From Naegleria gruberi (taxonomy: Eukaryota), in assembly GCA_000004985.1 (NCBI GenBank), contig GG738923.1: a stretch of DNA of 64,000 bases; one strand, 5' to 3'. The notes under the pieces are model-generated. The model ran no database searches. It worked only from the letters and a program-made list of their open reading frames with translations, and was not told the origin of the DNA. Made by a program: the position numbers and the translations under genes. Below, piece after piece: positions 12,701-22,806 of this stretch; positions within the stretch are counted from its first letter, which is position 1; each line of letters begins with the position of its first letter.

Positions 12701-13005
12701 AGGCACGTTTAGTGCTTTGGAATGGATCCTCCAATATGGTTAAAGAGTTTAAAGTATTCAATGTCAAGAAAAATAATTATTTCATTAGTTATAGACATGA
12801 TTTAAATTCTATCAATACTTGTTATACTCCATCAATGGTTAATGCTTTGGATGATCAAAAACTTTTTGATTGTGCTTGTTTAGAAGAATATTGTGAACAA
12901 AGTTTGAAGAGTGGATTATTATTTTCAGGAGCTGGTCAATTCATTTGTTATGGATTTAAATTTGAAAAGTTTAATGATGACGATTATGAAAGTGAAAATG
13001 AATAA
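9778..13005 (+). CDS. Large orphan P-loop GTPase (~1075 aa). The N-terminal septin/AIG1/IRG-like TRAFAC G domain is followed by a ~750-aa extension of unknown function.
   Basis: Single uninterrupted ORF. The track start at 9772 is TTG; the first ATG is 9778. G1 is VTFVGSSGLGKSSLINMIIG (cf. septin GESGLGKSTLINSLF, AIG1 GKTGSGKSATGNSILG). G3 is LTIRDTPGY (DTPG). The C-terminal 750 aa have no recognisable domain and are very AT-rich. Confidence 0.7.
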   Translation: MGKRKASSSIGNNAKTVKLSQVVPSSLPVQNSSNDKEIVYPASFNSTSELMKKVKVLFTSNRDECEKELSILKEIKGMLDNVKVSYFKNITKGHPMKLAEENLNSCIDKINQVIGVDVTFVGSSGLGKSSLINMIIGEPILPCGDDIGHITRSILELSYAKNYEVIVQYCNEEEFNKRRALAPKEFASITYEEKKDSHETVNSVGDIREFLDKQFREMKDLDLIKVDKILGKLPVQLLQDFNLTIRDTPGYKSGTFSRIYQHFIEKSITKTNMILFFSEGCRGDVSTSIFSDFINPILMKAHKNPPSVKMLIGGRNISDEKVMQFKKLKEKVSPNKIDFAKLLSMYTDMDLEDVIQKLEPFTVDLPVNAQLPTLPVGEEFNIKNLREVCISIINRFNTLIVPHLESNEFESQKQDFLENFMHGLVEEQGRILHSERKNIIEITCALVPLLMSICVNNFSEKQTQYYLRKIENDLCAYMYDITQKFSDIAIEEYNNDCAIESYDLYMDKLRKSISKRLKDTISFQGFKKIALNAISEVSENYPSITLSHNRKTLLLSNIEQVLTSCKRNITTVCKQLYENLTSNPIFRKEFQKNTHLKQHTNIKNEIKTNMIVLTNFFNSLFDKNNNAKVNLIVETKFKLTELFEHYKHESQDDEYIYSINSNLPIPSKESINHTFKLTLPTEPLKYWTNHDEKEPWNHLSNCLATNDSLLKEKILRNPSKMNRELIVDFNGTRIDFSNQNKIQLYNLPVIHNLSKFQTLFTGNDEFIAPIMIFAKDEIKQNLICNTLSKNINSDNFLVFIFCQESNWSSISKLVKDNSSCYVIKVKSKKFNKGIFETSALEISKHYNFPIYHTMTQYTGRVQEYVSDLKSFKTASFTFIRYLRFSQITMKKELLEIDVTNLKKNIGQFLARVRIFITKLTSNDYQCFFDDTFETSNLMNNNSDSESFMLKLRELDEATGTSFAEDFLKIRLATNKARLVLWNGSSNMVKEFKVFNVKKNNYFISYRHDLNSINTCYTPSMVNALDDQKLFDCACLEEYCEQSLKSGLLFSGAGQFICYGFKFEKFNDDDYESENE

Positions 13006-13624
13006 ATCTCAAGATTAATCACTTGTTAACACATCAAGCTACTGTTCAATCAGGAGGTTCTCTTTTTGCTAATCAAAATATGACTATTGATTTGGATTTC
13101 ATTCAGGTTGGACAGCATTGTATTGGGATTTGCCACAAGTCCGATCACCAGCAAGATTGCAATTACAATCCTCCACTTGGATTCTATTGTACACTAGCAG
13201 ACCTTTAGGGATGGATAAACTTAAAACTAGCCTACCCTTGATAAATTTGTAATATAATAATTGGATAGTTTCTTAATAATATCAGATATTCAAATTACAG
13301 CTGATTGATTCACATCCAAAAAGTGATTTAACGTTTTCACGTTTATGGAAAGAAATTCATCCTCAAAACCAGTCATGGAATTTGGAAAATGAAACTCTTA
13401 CCATGAATAATAGTTTTAAGCTTGTTTAAATTTGGTATTGACAATTTGCTTTTAATGCATTTCCTTTGACAATTGAACTGAGAATGAAGCAACACCTTCT
13501 CCTTATCGCCCACCATTGAAACAGTTGCAGTAAATTTAGAGTAACTATTCACAGTGGAGGGAATAATGAGATTTTAATGCTTGAAACTTGAATGGTTGAG
13601 GTGGATGTTTCACATTTACTACCA

Positions 13625-13905
13625 CTGTATCCTATGAAACATGAGCAAATATATTGAGTTGTGCATGTTCCTTTACCGATACAAACTGAACTACTGGAAG
13701 GTAAAGTACCATAACATGTGGCTAAGGATTGAGTGGCACAGTTACAGTATTTGAGAAAGTTACTGAGGGAAAGATCACAAACTTTAGAATAATATTTATT
13801 AGAACCGAAATTCTTCTATTGGAAATTAGAAGAAATTAGAATAATTGAATGGAATGAGAAAAGAGAAAGAAAAATATCAAAAAACCAACTAGAGCAAATA
13901 CCAAA
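13625..13905 (-). repeat. Right arm (copy C) of the inverted repeat. It overlaps the 3' coding end and 3' UTR of the minus-strand gene at 13836..14444.
   Basis: The reverse complement of 13625-13905 matches 8293-8575. The similarity extends weakly to 13585-13610 (cttgaatggttgaggtggatg), which matches the tandem ccattcgag motif of copy B. Confidence 0.7.
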
Positions 13906-14444
13906 AATAGTAAAGGAAGTAAGGTTGATAATGCTGAACCTGCTAAACATCCAGAACTTATCATGACTAAATATTGTACAAATCTGAGAAAGTAATATTT
14001 GAGAAAATACCACAATCCACCATAATTCTTATAATAAATACTAAACTCATCGTCTAGATCATCTTGCAATTTAGTTTTCTTCTTTGTTTTGGCTTGCTGC
14101 ATGAATTTTCGTCCTAGCTTTAGCAAACTCTTCATTGGTTGATTGTGTTTTTGAACCCTTTCATTTTGCATAATAATTGGTTGTTGTTGTTGGTTTGGTA
14201 CCAAGATTGAATTATTCGAAACTAATTGTTCGTTACTTGATTTTTCAATAGGGAACTCTTGAATGATTTCATTGTTTGTTATTGTATGTAAATTCTCTCG
14301 TTTCGGTTGTTGAACAAAATACTTTCTGTAATATTGAATTGATTTCTTCTTTTTCAAAGGAGAAGAAAGGTTTCCGATAGTAGTTGAATAGTTTCCACTC
14401 GAAGCTATTGTATTAGAAGAAAAAGATTGAGAGGAGGGATTCAT
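13836..14444 (-). CDS. Hypothetical tail-anchored low-complexity protein (~203 aa from the first ATG). The C-terminal TM segment is encoded by repeat-derived sequence, so it may be a chimeric or spurious ORF.
   Basis: The minus-strand ORF is N/Q/S-rich, has a basic stretch (KTKKKTK) and ends in a C-terminal hydrophobic helix LLPLLFLVFALVGFLIFFFLF. The track start at 14495 is TTG; the first ATG codon is 14442..14444. The last ~40 codons lie inside inverted-repeat copy C. Confidence 0.3.
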   Translation of the reverse strand: MNPSSQSFSSNTIASSGNYSTTIGNLSSPLKKKKSIQYYRKYFVQQPKRENLHTITNNEIIQEFPIEKSSNEQLVSNNSILVPNQQQQPIIMQNERVQKHNQPMKSLLKLGRKFMQQAKTKKKTKLQDDLDDEFSIYYKNYGGLWYFLKYYFLRFVQYLVMISSGCLAGSALSTLLPLLFLVFALVGFLIFFFLFSHSIQLF

Positions 14445-15465
14445 TTCCGTTTGTTTTTCTTGATGTTTCAAATTTGTGAAACTGCCAACAGTCAAATCAA
14501 TTTAGAAAAGGTAACAGATGAGGAAGTTGTTAGGAAAGAAGTATTAGCGATAATGGTAGAGTCTGAATTTGAGAGTTGGGCATAAAGAGAGATGTTGATT
14601 TTGGACCTTTTTCTTTGAATTTATTAAACTTTCTAATTTTATTAATAATATGAGAATCGTGTTTCGTATAATTAAAACGGAATATTTAAACAATTACAAT
14701 AACGTTATTAATTGAGATTCATTGACAGAATGATAAGTTTCTCTTTAATACTTATTCCTTAATAGCTAATTTCTTTTTTACTAAACCAAAAACTTTACAA
14801 AAAAGATAAAATTGAAAAGGATAACAAATTAAAACTAAAATGGAACGAATAAAATCTAGCCCAATGCCACATATCCAAAATGACTAGACCACAGTCTTAA
14901 ACTGCCAGATATCAAAATAATCGAATCCAAATCTAAAAATGGCAATAATCTATTCTTATCATAATATTGTGTTATCTCTCCCTCAGTCAACCTCTTACAA
15001 TGATATTGATAGAAAATTATCTTCTGTAATATTTATTATTATTTTGTGTTGTTAAGCATTGGCCATGGTTTCAAAGTTGCACACTTTTGAAAGAGATCCT
15101 CAAGCTTGATAAAACACCAACACGCTCAGCACCATAACGCAGGTATTCAATAAAATTCGCGATGTTGTTTGAGAGCGGGAGACATTTTTGTAATAAATAT
15201 TACCCTGGTTTACTTATTATTTTTTTTCTTCTCTCTAAAAAAAGTCTCCATTTTGGCTTGATATATTTGAGTGACCAACCAAGCGTGAGAGGCAATTAGC
15301 GTGCACATCAAAGCAAGTTCAAGTGGAGTAGCTTTTTTTAGTTTAGAGCACACAACAACGAACGTATTCAATACGAACAACATAATCTCTTGATTTCATC
15401 AATCTTTATAGTTGTGATCATAACTAGTAAATAGACAAACTTGTACATATTTAAGAACCTTTCCA

Positions 15466-16693
15466 TGATGCAATTTACTACAACTGTTCCTTTCAACAAG
15501 ATGGAACTCATCAGAGAATTTCACCACCAACAAATTCACTTCCGTAAACAAGTCTCCACTCTTAAAGTTTTACTTGCTGGATCCGAGAATGATAGCAAGA
15601 CTCCAACCACTACAACCTCCACAATTATTGTTGAACCAACTACTAACACAAGTACCTCCAATAATACAACAATTCCCTCCACCAATAATACTAATTTCTC
15701 CTCTACTAACAATGACATGATGCCAGTTTCACCAACAACTGGAAGAACCAAAAGACCAACAAATAATCATGGTTCTAGATGTCGATCCCCATACAAGAAA
15801 GATTCTCCTTCCAAAATGAAAACTACTTTGGCAAAGGCTGCAGTCCTCAAAACCAAGACAGTGAGACAAGCTTTGGTTCTTCTTTATATGGTGCTGAGAG
15901 TTTCGAACAATACACTGAGCTTAAAAGAGTTAGTTTAGATTCTATTAACAAGTTGGGTACATTGAAAAACGCAATGGAAAATGGAATCAAGGAGTTGTCA
16001 AACTTGTGGGAAATTTTAACCGAGATGGATGAAGAGCAACCTGGTTCTCTCTTCCTTATGGATTTTGAAGAAGATGGTGAGGAAACAACTCCTGCCTTCT
16101 CCATGTCCAATAGCCAAACGAGTTCAAATAAGGTGAATTTGAGAGCACAAAGAATTCAAATCTGTGACCAAATTACCAAACTCATTAATATTGAGAGTAC
16201 ACTTTTGAATATTATAGAATCACACCAAAATATGCTCGAGAATAACTTTGGTTACTCATTGCCAAACAATAAGGAAGATGATCCAACTTATACAAAGAGT
16301 AGTTCTTCCTCCAATCTTTTACCATCCACTAAAAAGTTGGCAAGTACAAACTTTAAGGACATTATGGATTATATAGATTTTGCAAACCACATTCAAAGGA
16401 CAGTATCTTGCTCTACACTTTTTGAAAAGGCCAGGAAGTTAATAATCCCTGATGAACAAGAAGCCAACGAGTTTTGTGCTGTGCATGGAGATGTAACTGG
16501 AATGACTGGTGCAAGCCCTGTTATCAGGTCTCTTCCTTCAGCTACATTCCCAAATAATACAGGAACTAATCCAAATGTAAAGTGGAGAGAATTTATCAAG
16601 TTGGAAAAACTCAATAAGAAATTCCAAAGAAAGCTGAATGAATTTGAAGGTGTTATCGTGCAATTTGTACAAATGAAACAACAATATAAATAA
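15466..16693 (+). CDS. Hypothetical protein; the gene model has a frame break. The clean ORF 15779..16693 (304 aa, ATG start) is preceded by an overlapping T/S/N-rich ORF 15466..15938 in another frame.
   Basis: Two long overlapping forward ORFs sit in frames differing by +1. There is no usable GT-AG intron between them, so this is either a frameshift or sequencing error, or the real start is the ATG at 15779 (MSIPIQERFSF...). No family recognised. Confidence 0.4.
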
Positions 16694-17023
16694 ATAACAA
16701 GTATTAACAAGTTGTTCGAATGAAAATTGGTGATATTCTTTGTTTACATTTTCCCCTTTCTCTCAGCCTCAAATGTCTTAAAGTGCGCACGCTTCAACCA
16801 AAAGGACCTTATGTTGTGCTCTACTTCAATCAAACAAGAAAACTGCGCTCAATTATCCTCAATGAATTGCTACGGTACCTCGGAAAGAGTCTATTGGAAA
16901 ATAGAATTAATAATAGACATACATTAGCACTTCTAAAACGTTCGGTTTGAAGAGGTATAAAAAGGAGTCCTCAACACTATTCTCTTCACAATATTCCAAT
17001 AACAAAAAAACTGCCACAACAAC

Positions 17024-18391
17024 ATGTTCAGCGCAAAACAAGTAACTGCTAGTAAACATTTCAAAGTTTTCCTTTATGAAAACTCCTCAATTCAACCACT
17101 CTCTGAAACAACCTTGAAGGAGGAAAAACCAAAGAGTGTCCACAGACTCATTTTGGATCAAAGTGGCATTACCTTTGAGGAATTCGTTCAAAAATTGAAA
17201 ACCAAATCCATTGTCACAGATACCAATTTCAAACTCTTCTATCTCGACGATCAAAATGATTGGGTATCCTTGTCAGATGAAGAAGATTGGAAGATTTTGA
17301 ACTCAATTCTCGCTTCTGAAACTGTTATCAAGATTGTCTGCCAAAATATTGTTCCAAAGAGTGAAACTGATAACAATGATAGTCCAAAGGATCCATTTAG
17401 TGAAATTTTCAAGAATTTCAATTTGCATGGTGGTAGAAGAGGTCAAGGACATTGTCCATTTGGTGATGCTCGTCCTCAATCTGGTTGTCCATGGTCACGT
17501 GGTGGTTGTAGAAGAAGAGGTGGTATGGGAGCTGGTTTTGAACAATTTGCTCCACTCATTGAAAATGTTGTTGGATCCTTGTTCAATAATCCTAATAATG
17601 GTCAACAACAACAAGGAGCCAATCCATTCGATTTGTCATCATTGTTGAATAATCTCTTCCCAGGAGCAGCCCAACAACAACAAACTCAAGAAAATGCTCC
17701 ACAACAAGAAGAATCAAAGGAATCATCCAATATTGCCAATTCTCAAATTCCACCTCAATTCAACGGTTGGAATGATTTGATTAAGAACTTTTGTGGAAAT
17801 TTGAATGATAAGGCCAATAATGGATCTTTTAATATTCCACACTTTGGCATTGTTTGTGATGGATGTGGAAAGAGAAACTTTACTGGATCAAGATGGAATT
17901 GTGCTGATTGTGGTGATTTTGATTTTTGTCAAGAATGTTTTGAAACTAAGGCAAATGATCACTTTGATGGATTCCACAGTTTCAGCCAAGTTGAACCAAA
18001 GGCCAAGAGTTTCCTCTCAAATTTTGTAAAGAAGATGGAAGGTAATCAATCCGAATCAGCTCAACAAGAAACACCAACTCAACAAGATTCAGTTCCAGAA
18101 ACTCAATCCCATGAAAGAACTGAACAAGTTCTCCCAGAAGAAAAGCTCGATGAAGAATTATACCCATCAGTTGACAATGTCACCACTTCACAACTTCTCT
18201 CCAGTCAATTGGATTTACCAACTGCTCCTGTTGAACAACCACAAACTCCAGTTGAACCAACACCAGTCGTTGAATATGCAGTCGAGCAACAATTATTAAG
18301 AGACATGGGATTCGTTGATGATCAAGCCAATACTAGATTGTTAAAGAAGCACAATGGTAACATTCAAAAAGTCATTACTGATCTCCTCTAA
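17024..18391 (+). CDS. SQSTM1: Sequestosome-1/p62-like selective autophagy receptor with PB1, ZZ zinc finger and UBA domains (455 aa, single exon).
   Basis: N-terminal PB1 domain (KHFKVFLYE... and an OPCA-like FYLDDQNDWVSLSDEEDW). ZZ finger CDGCGKRNFTGSRWNCADCGDFDFCQECF...H. C-terminal UBA (EQQLLRDMGFVDDQANTRLLKKHNGNIQKVITDLL). An RG-rich linker and Q-rich segments lie between them. Confidence 0.8.
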   Translation: MFSAKQVTASKHFKVFLYENSSIQPLSETTLKEEKPKSVHRLILDQSGITFEEFVQKLKTKSIVTDTNFKLFYLDDQNDWVSLSDEEDWKILNSILASETVIKIVCQNIVPKSETDNNDSPKDPFSEIFKNFNLHGGRRGQGHCPFGDARPQSGCPWSRGGCRRRGGMGAGFEQFAPLIENVVGSLFNNPNNGQQQQGANPFDLSSLLNNLFPGAAQQQQTQENAPQQEESKESSNIANSQIPPQFNGWNDLIKNFCGNLNDKANNGSFNIPHFGIVCDGCGKRNFTGSRWNCADCGDFDFCQECFETKANDHFDGFHSFSQVEPKAKSFLSNFVKKMEGNQSESAQQETPTQQDSVPETQSHERTEQVLPEEKLDEELYPSVDNVTTSQLLSSQLDLPTAPVEQPQTPVEPTPVVEYAVEQQLLRDMGFVDDQANTRLLKKHNGNIQKVITDLL

Positions 18392-18507
18392 ATTGTCTCT
18401 ACAATCTCTGTAAATATATCAACTAACTATCTATATCTTGTAAATAATAAAAACTCATTTCCCAAAAACATTAATCTTACTTGATTAAATAGTTTTACAA
18501 TAAAAAA

Positions 18508-19009
18508 ATGAGTCAAATCATAAAGAGAGGTTATCAAGCTAAAGGAAAGTAAGTTTTCCTTCATTGTGACGAAGAACACTTTCCGAATCAATAATAGATG
18601 CCAAGGTGTAATGTTCCGACAAACCATTATTCGAGTATGTGATCATCACTTGTTAATAATTATTTAAATTATCATTAAAAGGCAATGAGCAAGGTAGATT
18701 TTACATTAAATTAATTTGGAAATATTAAATTAATATTAATAATTTAAATAGTTTGGAGTGAAAGGAGGAGCTAGCAATGATAAAAAGGATAAGGATTGTG
18801 TTTGGATTACCATGGAAGGAGAAGAAACCATTATCACTGAATTAGCCTCAAAATTAATCAACACCAAACCACTCAATTCTTGGGGAGCACAATTAACTCA
18901 ATTGAGTGAATTATCCTCAGACAAAGTAATGGAAATTGAAAAACATCAAGTAACAACAAATAATGTCGATGAATTCAAATGGAATAAGAATGTGCAATTC
19001 TATCTATAA
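18508..19009 (+). CDS. Small conserved-looking protein (~100 aa). Two exons, 18508..18549 and 18752..19009, with a 202-nt intron (GTAAGT...AAATAG).
   Basis: ATG AGT CAA ATC ATA AAG AGA GGT TAT CAA GCT AAA GGA AAG is followed immediately by GTAAGT. The acceptor at 18750-18751 puts FGVKGGASNDKKDKDCVWITMEGEETIITELASKLINTKPLNSWGAQLTQL... in frame. The track ORF 18758 starts at a GTG inside exon 2. Family not recognised. Confidence 0.4.
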
Positions 19010-19184
19010 ATAATCCGATTGATTCCATTGAATTAAATATTCTACTCGTTGTATGAAACTTGAGCTTTTTAGTTTTTTCTTGTTAGCCTTGGTTTTGTCT
19101 TTTTGGCGCCAAATCAAATACAAAAAAAATAGCGCAAAGGCTTGTTATATTTATTGAAGGAGGTTTTTGTTGAGAGAATACACA

Positions 19185-20587
19185 ATGGTGCAATTTGAAA
19201 ATTTAATGATGAGGTAAGATTTAAATTAATTTGGTTGAGTATTAAATAAATATTAATGTATTCTTATATTGATGTAGTGATTCGGAAATGAATCCTTTGG
19301 AAGCACAAAGACAAATCAACAACTTGAAAAATTTTGAGATTAAGGATATTGGATCGGAAAAGTAAGTGTTTAATTGAATGATGAATGTGACAATATTATA
19401 GATGGATGAAACAGAGAGAAGTAATTGAAATGCTCAATATTCAAGCCCATCAAGATGCTGCTCTGAATCAAGATGAATATGTTGCACAAGCTTTTATTTC
19501 CAATCAAATGGTTGAAATTCTAATTAAAGAATTAGTTAGTGTTGAAATTTGGAAGAATAAGGTGGCTTCACTCATCAAGGATGATTTAGCTGATGCAACA
19601 AAACAATCAATCAAACCATATTTGATTTTCTATCATGAAGCTACATTGTGTAATTTATTGGAATGTGTATTATATCATAAGGATGCAGTAGTTTATTGTG
19701 ATGAATCGCTAATGATTGAATTAGTGGACTATTGTCAAAGAAAAATGAATTTCCTCGTGCATAAGTAAGTTCAAAACACTTTTTTTCATAAATAACTTTG
19801 GGAATAGTAAGGATTTAATGAATAGACAGGATCAAAAAGATTTATTGAAATTAACAGATATTGATATTTGGGAGGATCAAAAGAAAGAAATTGAATTCAA
19901 TTGCTGCATGTATTCACTGACAATTTTCAGATTCATTACCGATCAGTTGAAGGAATTGTCTCCAGGAATAATTAATAGAATTCTGGAGAAGCATGATACT
20001 CCAATCTCTCTAGTCTACATTATTGAAGATTCCCCATTCAAGAAGAAGGAGAAATCTGGTTTCAAAAAATATAATGGAAACAAGTGGGAAACTGTGCAAT
20101 ATGATGAATACTTGAAAGTGTCGCAATATGAAGCTCAAGTATGGTTAGCCATCAATAATTTACTCGTTGAACCAGAGACAAGAAACCAATACGAATATAA
20201 CAACTTTAGAAAAGAAACTGTTTTAAGGGTATGTTCCATCAATTTAATTTCACTAACCTGTTTCTTTAGTTGAAGAAATTTTTTACAGATATCCTTATTG
20301 ACCAAATTCCAGTATTGGTTGATTTAGTAAGAACTGTGGAAAGTTTGCAAATTATGAACCCTCCTGTTGCATCAAAGAATATTTTCATTGTTGAAATGGT
20401 AGCAGAGTTTAGAGAAAATTTGTTAAGCTCTCTCGATTTTGAACAAATAGCCCAGGATCAACTTGCCTCAATCTGTTGTGAGGACGATGAAGCAAGACAA
20501 GAGCAAGTCATGTCCATGGCTAAACGCTTCGGAGACTTGTTAGAATTGATGGAACAAGGAAAGGAATTTGATAATATTAAACTTTAA
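19185..20587 (+). CDS. ZMYND10: ZMYND10-like protein (axonemal dynein arm assembly factor) without a MYND zinc finger. Five exons: 19185..19213, 19278..19362, 19415..19764, 19808..20228, 20270..20587; introns of 64, 52, 43 and 41 nt.
   Basis: The spliced product MVQFENLMMSDSEMNPLEAQRQINNLKNFEIKDIGSEKREVIEMLNIQAHQDAALNQDEYVAQAFISNQMVEILIKELVSVEIWKNKV...IFYHEATLCNLLECVLYHKDAVVYCDESLMIELVDYCQRKMNFLV...WETVQYDEYLKVSQYEAQVWLAINNLLVEPETRNQY...LKKFFTDILIDQIPVLVDL aligns block by block with human ZMYND10 (ENLEKLNMQAILDA..., [20 protein letters not shown]..., [54 protein letters not shown]). All donors are GTAAGT or GTATGT and the phases are consistent. It stops at EFDNIKL with no CxxC MYND motif. Confidence 0.75.
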
Positions 20588-20704
20588 CCTTTAATAATTT
20601 CTGCTACTGCAAACAAGTACGATGTCGTACCATGACAGAAAAGAAATAAAGTGATGAATAATTTAATAAATGTTTTTTTTATGTTGGTAAAGTGATTAGT
20701 GGAT

Positions 20705-20983
20705 TTACTTTTGTTCCTTCTTTCCGCTTTCCTTCTTCTTTTGGGCAATTTGTTCGACTCTTTCCTTCTTCTTGAGTTTGATTTCTTGTTGTTGAGCAAT
20801 GGTGTTCAACTTCATTCTGAGTGGATTAGTACCCTTCTTCAATGATTGGTATCTCTTGTTGCACAAGAATCTCTTCTTTGCTCTACCAGTCTTTCTCTTA
20901 CCCTTGAATGGTTGCTTGTCAACCTTTGGAGTTTGATTTTTAACCTTACCGGCTCTGGCCAATGATCCGTGAACCTTACCCAT
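20705..20983 (-). CDS. RPS30: 40S ribosomal protein eS30 with a ~40-aa Lys-rich C-terminal extension; convergent with ZMYND10.
   Basis: [21 protein letters not shown]...[16 protein letters not shown] matches the eS30 core ([19 protein letters not shown]...TGRAKRRMQYNRRF). The ORF then continues ...[45 protein letters not shown]. No ubiquitin-like exon is evident upstream. Confidence 0.7.
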   Translation of the reverse strand: MGKVHGSLARAGKVKNQTPKVDKQPFKGKRKTGRAKKRFLCNKRYQSLKKGTNPLRMKLNTIAQQQEIKLKKKERVEQIAQKKKESGKKEQK

Positions 20984-21638
20984 TTCTATTCGTTGTTGAA
21001 AAATTGTTGATGATGTTCATCGATTTGAAAAGGAAGCACGTTTATGTTTTGATAAATAAATGCTGGCTGAGATGGTACTTACTGTTTTTCGATTTTTTTT
21101 TAACAAAGAAATAAAAAACTTTTGGGGTTGACTCTGTATTTGCTGATTTTACAACGGAAAAAATGCCCTGCCATTTTATCAAGAAAAGAGAAGGCAGCAC
21201 AGAATTGAATCAAAATCAATACAATATCCACTATTCTGATAAGAGTAAATATACTTTATTGTACTTATAAATATATGAAGGTGGTTTTCTATATTTTTCC
21301 AAACCAACAGATATTATCTATTGGCTCAGTATTAATATCAAAGACGTATTATTTGGTCAATAAGGATATCTGTCTTTTTTGTTTCAATGGAAATTAAATA
21401 TCAGAAAGTGCATGTCATAAGTCCACAAAACAATTCATTCTAGAATATCAATCTCAGAATATATTCTTACAATACAAAAACACTCAAAATTGTCAAGGAA
21501 TATTTTCTTCATTAATATTAAAGGCCAGGAAGTAAAATTTGTAACGCGGCAGCTTCAATAGGCGCCATTTTTAAAAAAATTCCAACCAAGTTGTTGACTA
21601 AAACCCTCTCGTCAAATTTAAAACCGCTTTTGAGGAAT

Positions 21639-22806
21639 ATGAGTCGTGCTAAAGTGTACGCTGATGTAAACTTGAGAAAACCAAAGGAATATTGGGATTA
21701 TGAAAGTTTGCAAATTAACTGGGGGTAAGTTGTTGATTAATAGAAGAATATTAAAATCGAGAAAATTAAATAATTGATGGTGATGATGATGAAATTGAAT
21801 AACAATAACAACTATGGATAACAATAATAATAATAACTATATTTAAATTGGATAATAATACAGTTCTCAAGATAAATATGAGATTGTTCGTAAAGTAGGT
21901 CGCGGAAAGTATAGTGAAGTCTTTGAGGGAATAAATGCTGAGACTAACGAAAGATGTATCATTAAAGTTCTCAAACCTGTAAAGAAGAAGAAAATCAAGA
22001 GAGAAATCAAAATTCTTCAAAATCTTTGTGGAGGAACAAACATTGTCAAACTTTTAGATGTTGTTAGAGATCCAGAATCAAAAACACCATCACTTGTGAT
22101 GGAAAATGTCGATAATACTGACTTCCGTTATTTATATCCAACATTCACAGATTTTGATATTAGATTCTACATGTATGAATTATTGAAGGCTCTCGATTTC
22201 TGCCACTCTATGGGTATTATGCACAGAGATATCAAGCCTCACAATGTCATGATTGATCACAAGCAAAAGAAACTGCGTGTTATCGACTGGGGTCTTGCTG
22301 AATTTTATCACCCTGGACAAGAATACAATGTTAGAGTTGCCTCAAGATACTTTAAGGGACCAGAACTTTTGGTAGACTTTAGAGAATATGATTACTCTCT
22401 TGATATGTGGAGTTTAGGATGTATGTTTGCTGGAATGATTTTCAGAAAGGAACCATTCTTCCATGGTAGAGACAATTATGACCAATTAGTTAAAATTGCA
22501 AAGGTTTTAGGAACTGAAGAATTGTATGATTATTTGGATAGATATTCAATTACTCTCTCCGCTCACTATGAAGGAATTCTCTCTAGAAATAGATATCCAA
22601 GAAAACCTTGGTCAACATTTGTTAACAAGGAAAATGCTCAATTGGCAAATGAAGAAGCTATTGACTTTTTGGATAAATTACTTCGATATGATCACAAACA
22701 AAGAATGACAGCAAAGGAAGCTATGCAACATCCTTATATTAGTAGTATATTTTGCAAATTAGAAAATAACCAATCGTCCACTGGAAATATGGACACCCAT
22801 GAGTAA
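21639..22806 (+). CDS. CSNK2A: Casein kinase II catalytic subunit alpha. Two exons, 21639..21724 and 21864..22806; 139-nt intron GTAAGT...ATACAG.
   Basis: Exon 1 encodes [29 protein letters not shown]. Exon 2 encodes [54 protein letters not shown]...[16 protein letters not shown]...[31 protein letters not shown]...[22 protein letters not shown]..., a near-complete match to CK2 alpha. The track ORF 22096 begins at an internal GTG. Confidence 0.9.

Noticed and set aside
16720-16950. Two short overlapping plus-strand ORFs downstream of the 15779..16693 gene
   Set aside because: They are under 80 aa, start at TTG/ATG in 3' UTR-like sequence, and show no domain features.
17334-18299. Alternative-frame ORFs (17334..17648, 17805..18029, 18111..18299 plus; 17982..18167 minus) inside the p62-like gene
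   Set aside because: They overlap a single well-supported 455-aa ORF with PB1/ZZ/UBA domains; their products are V/L-rich frame artefacts.
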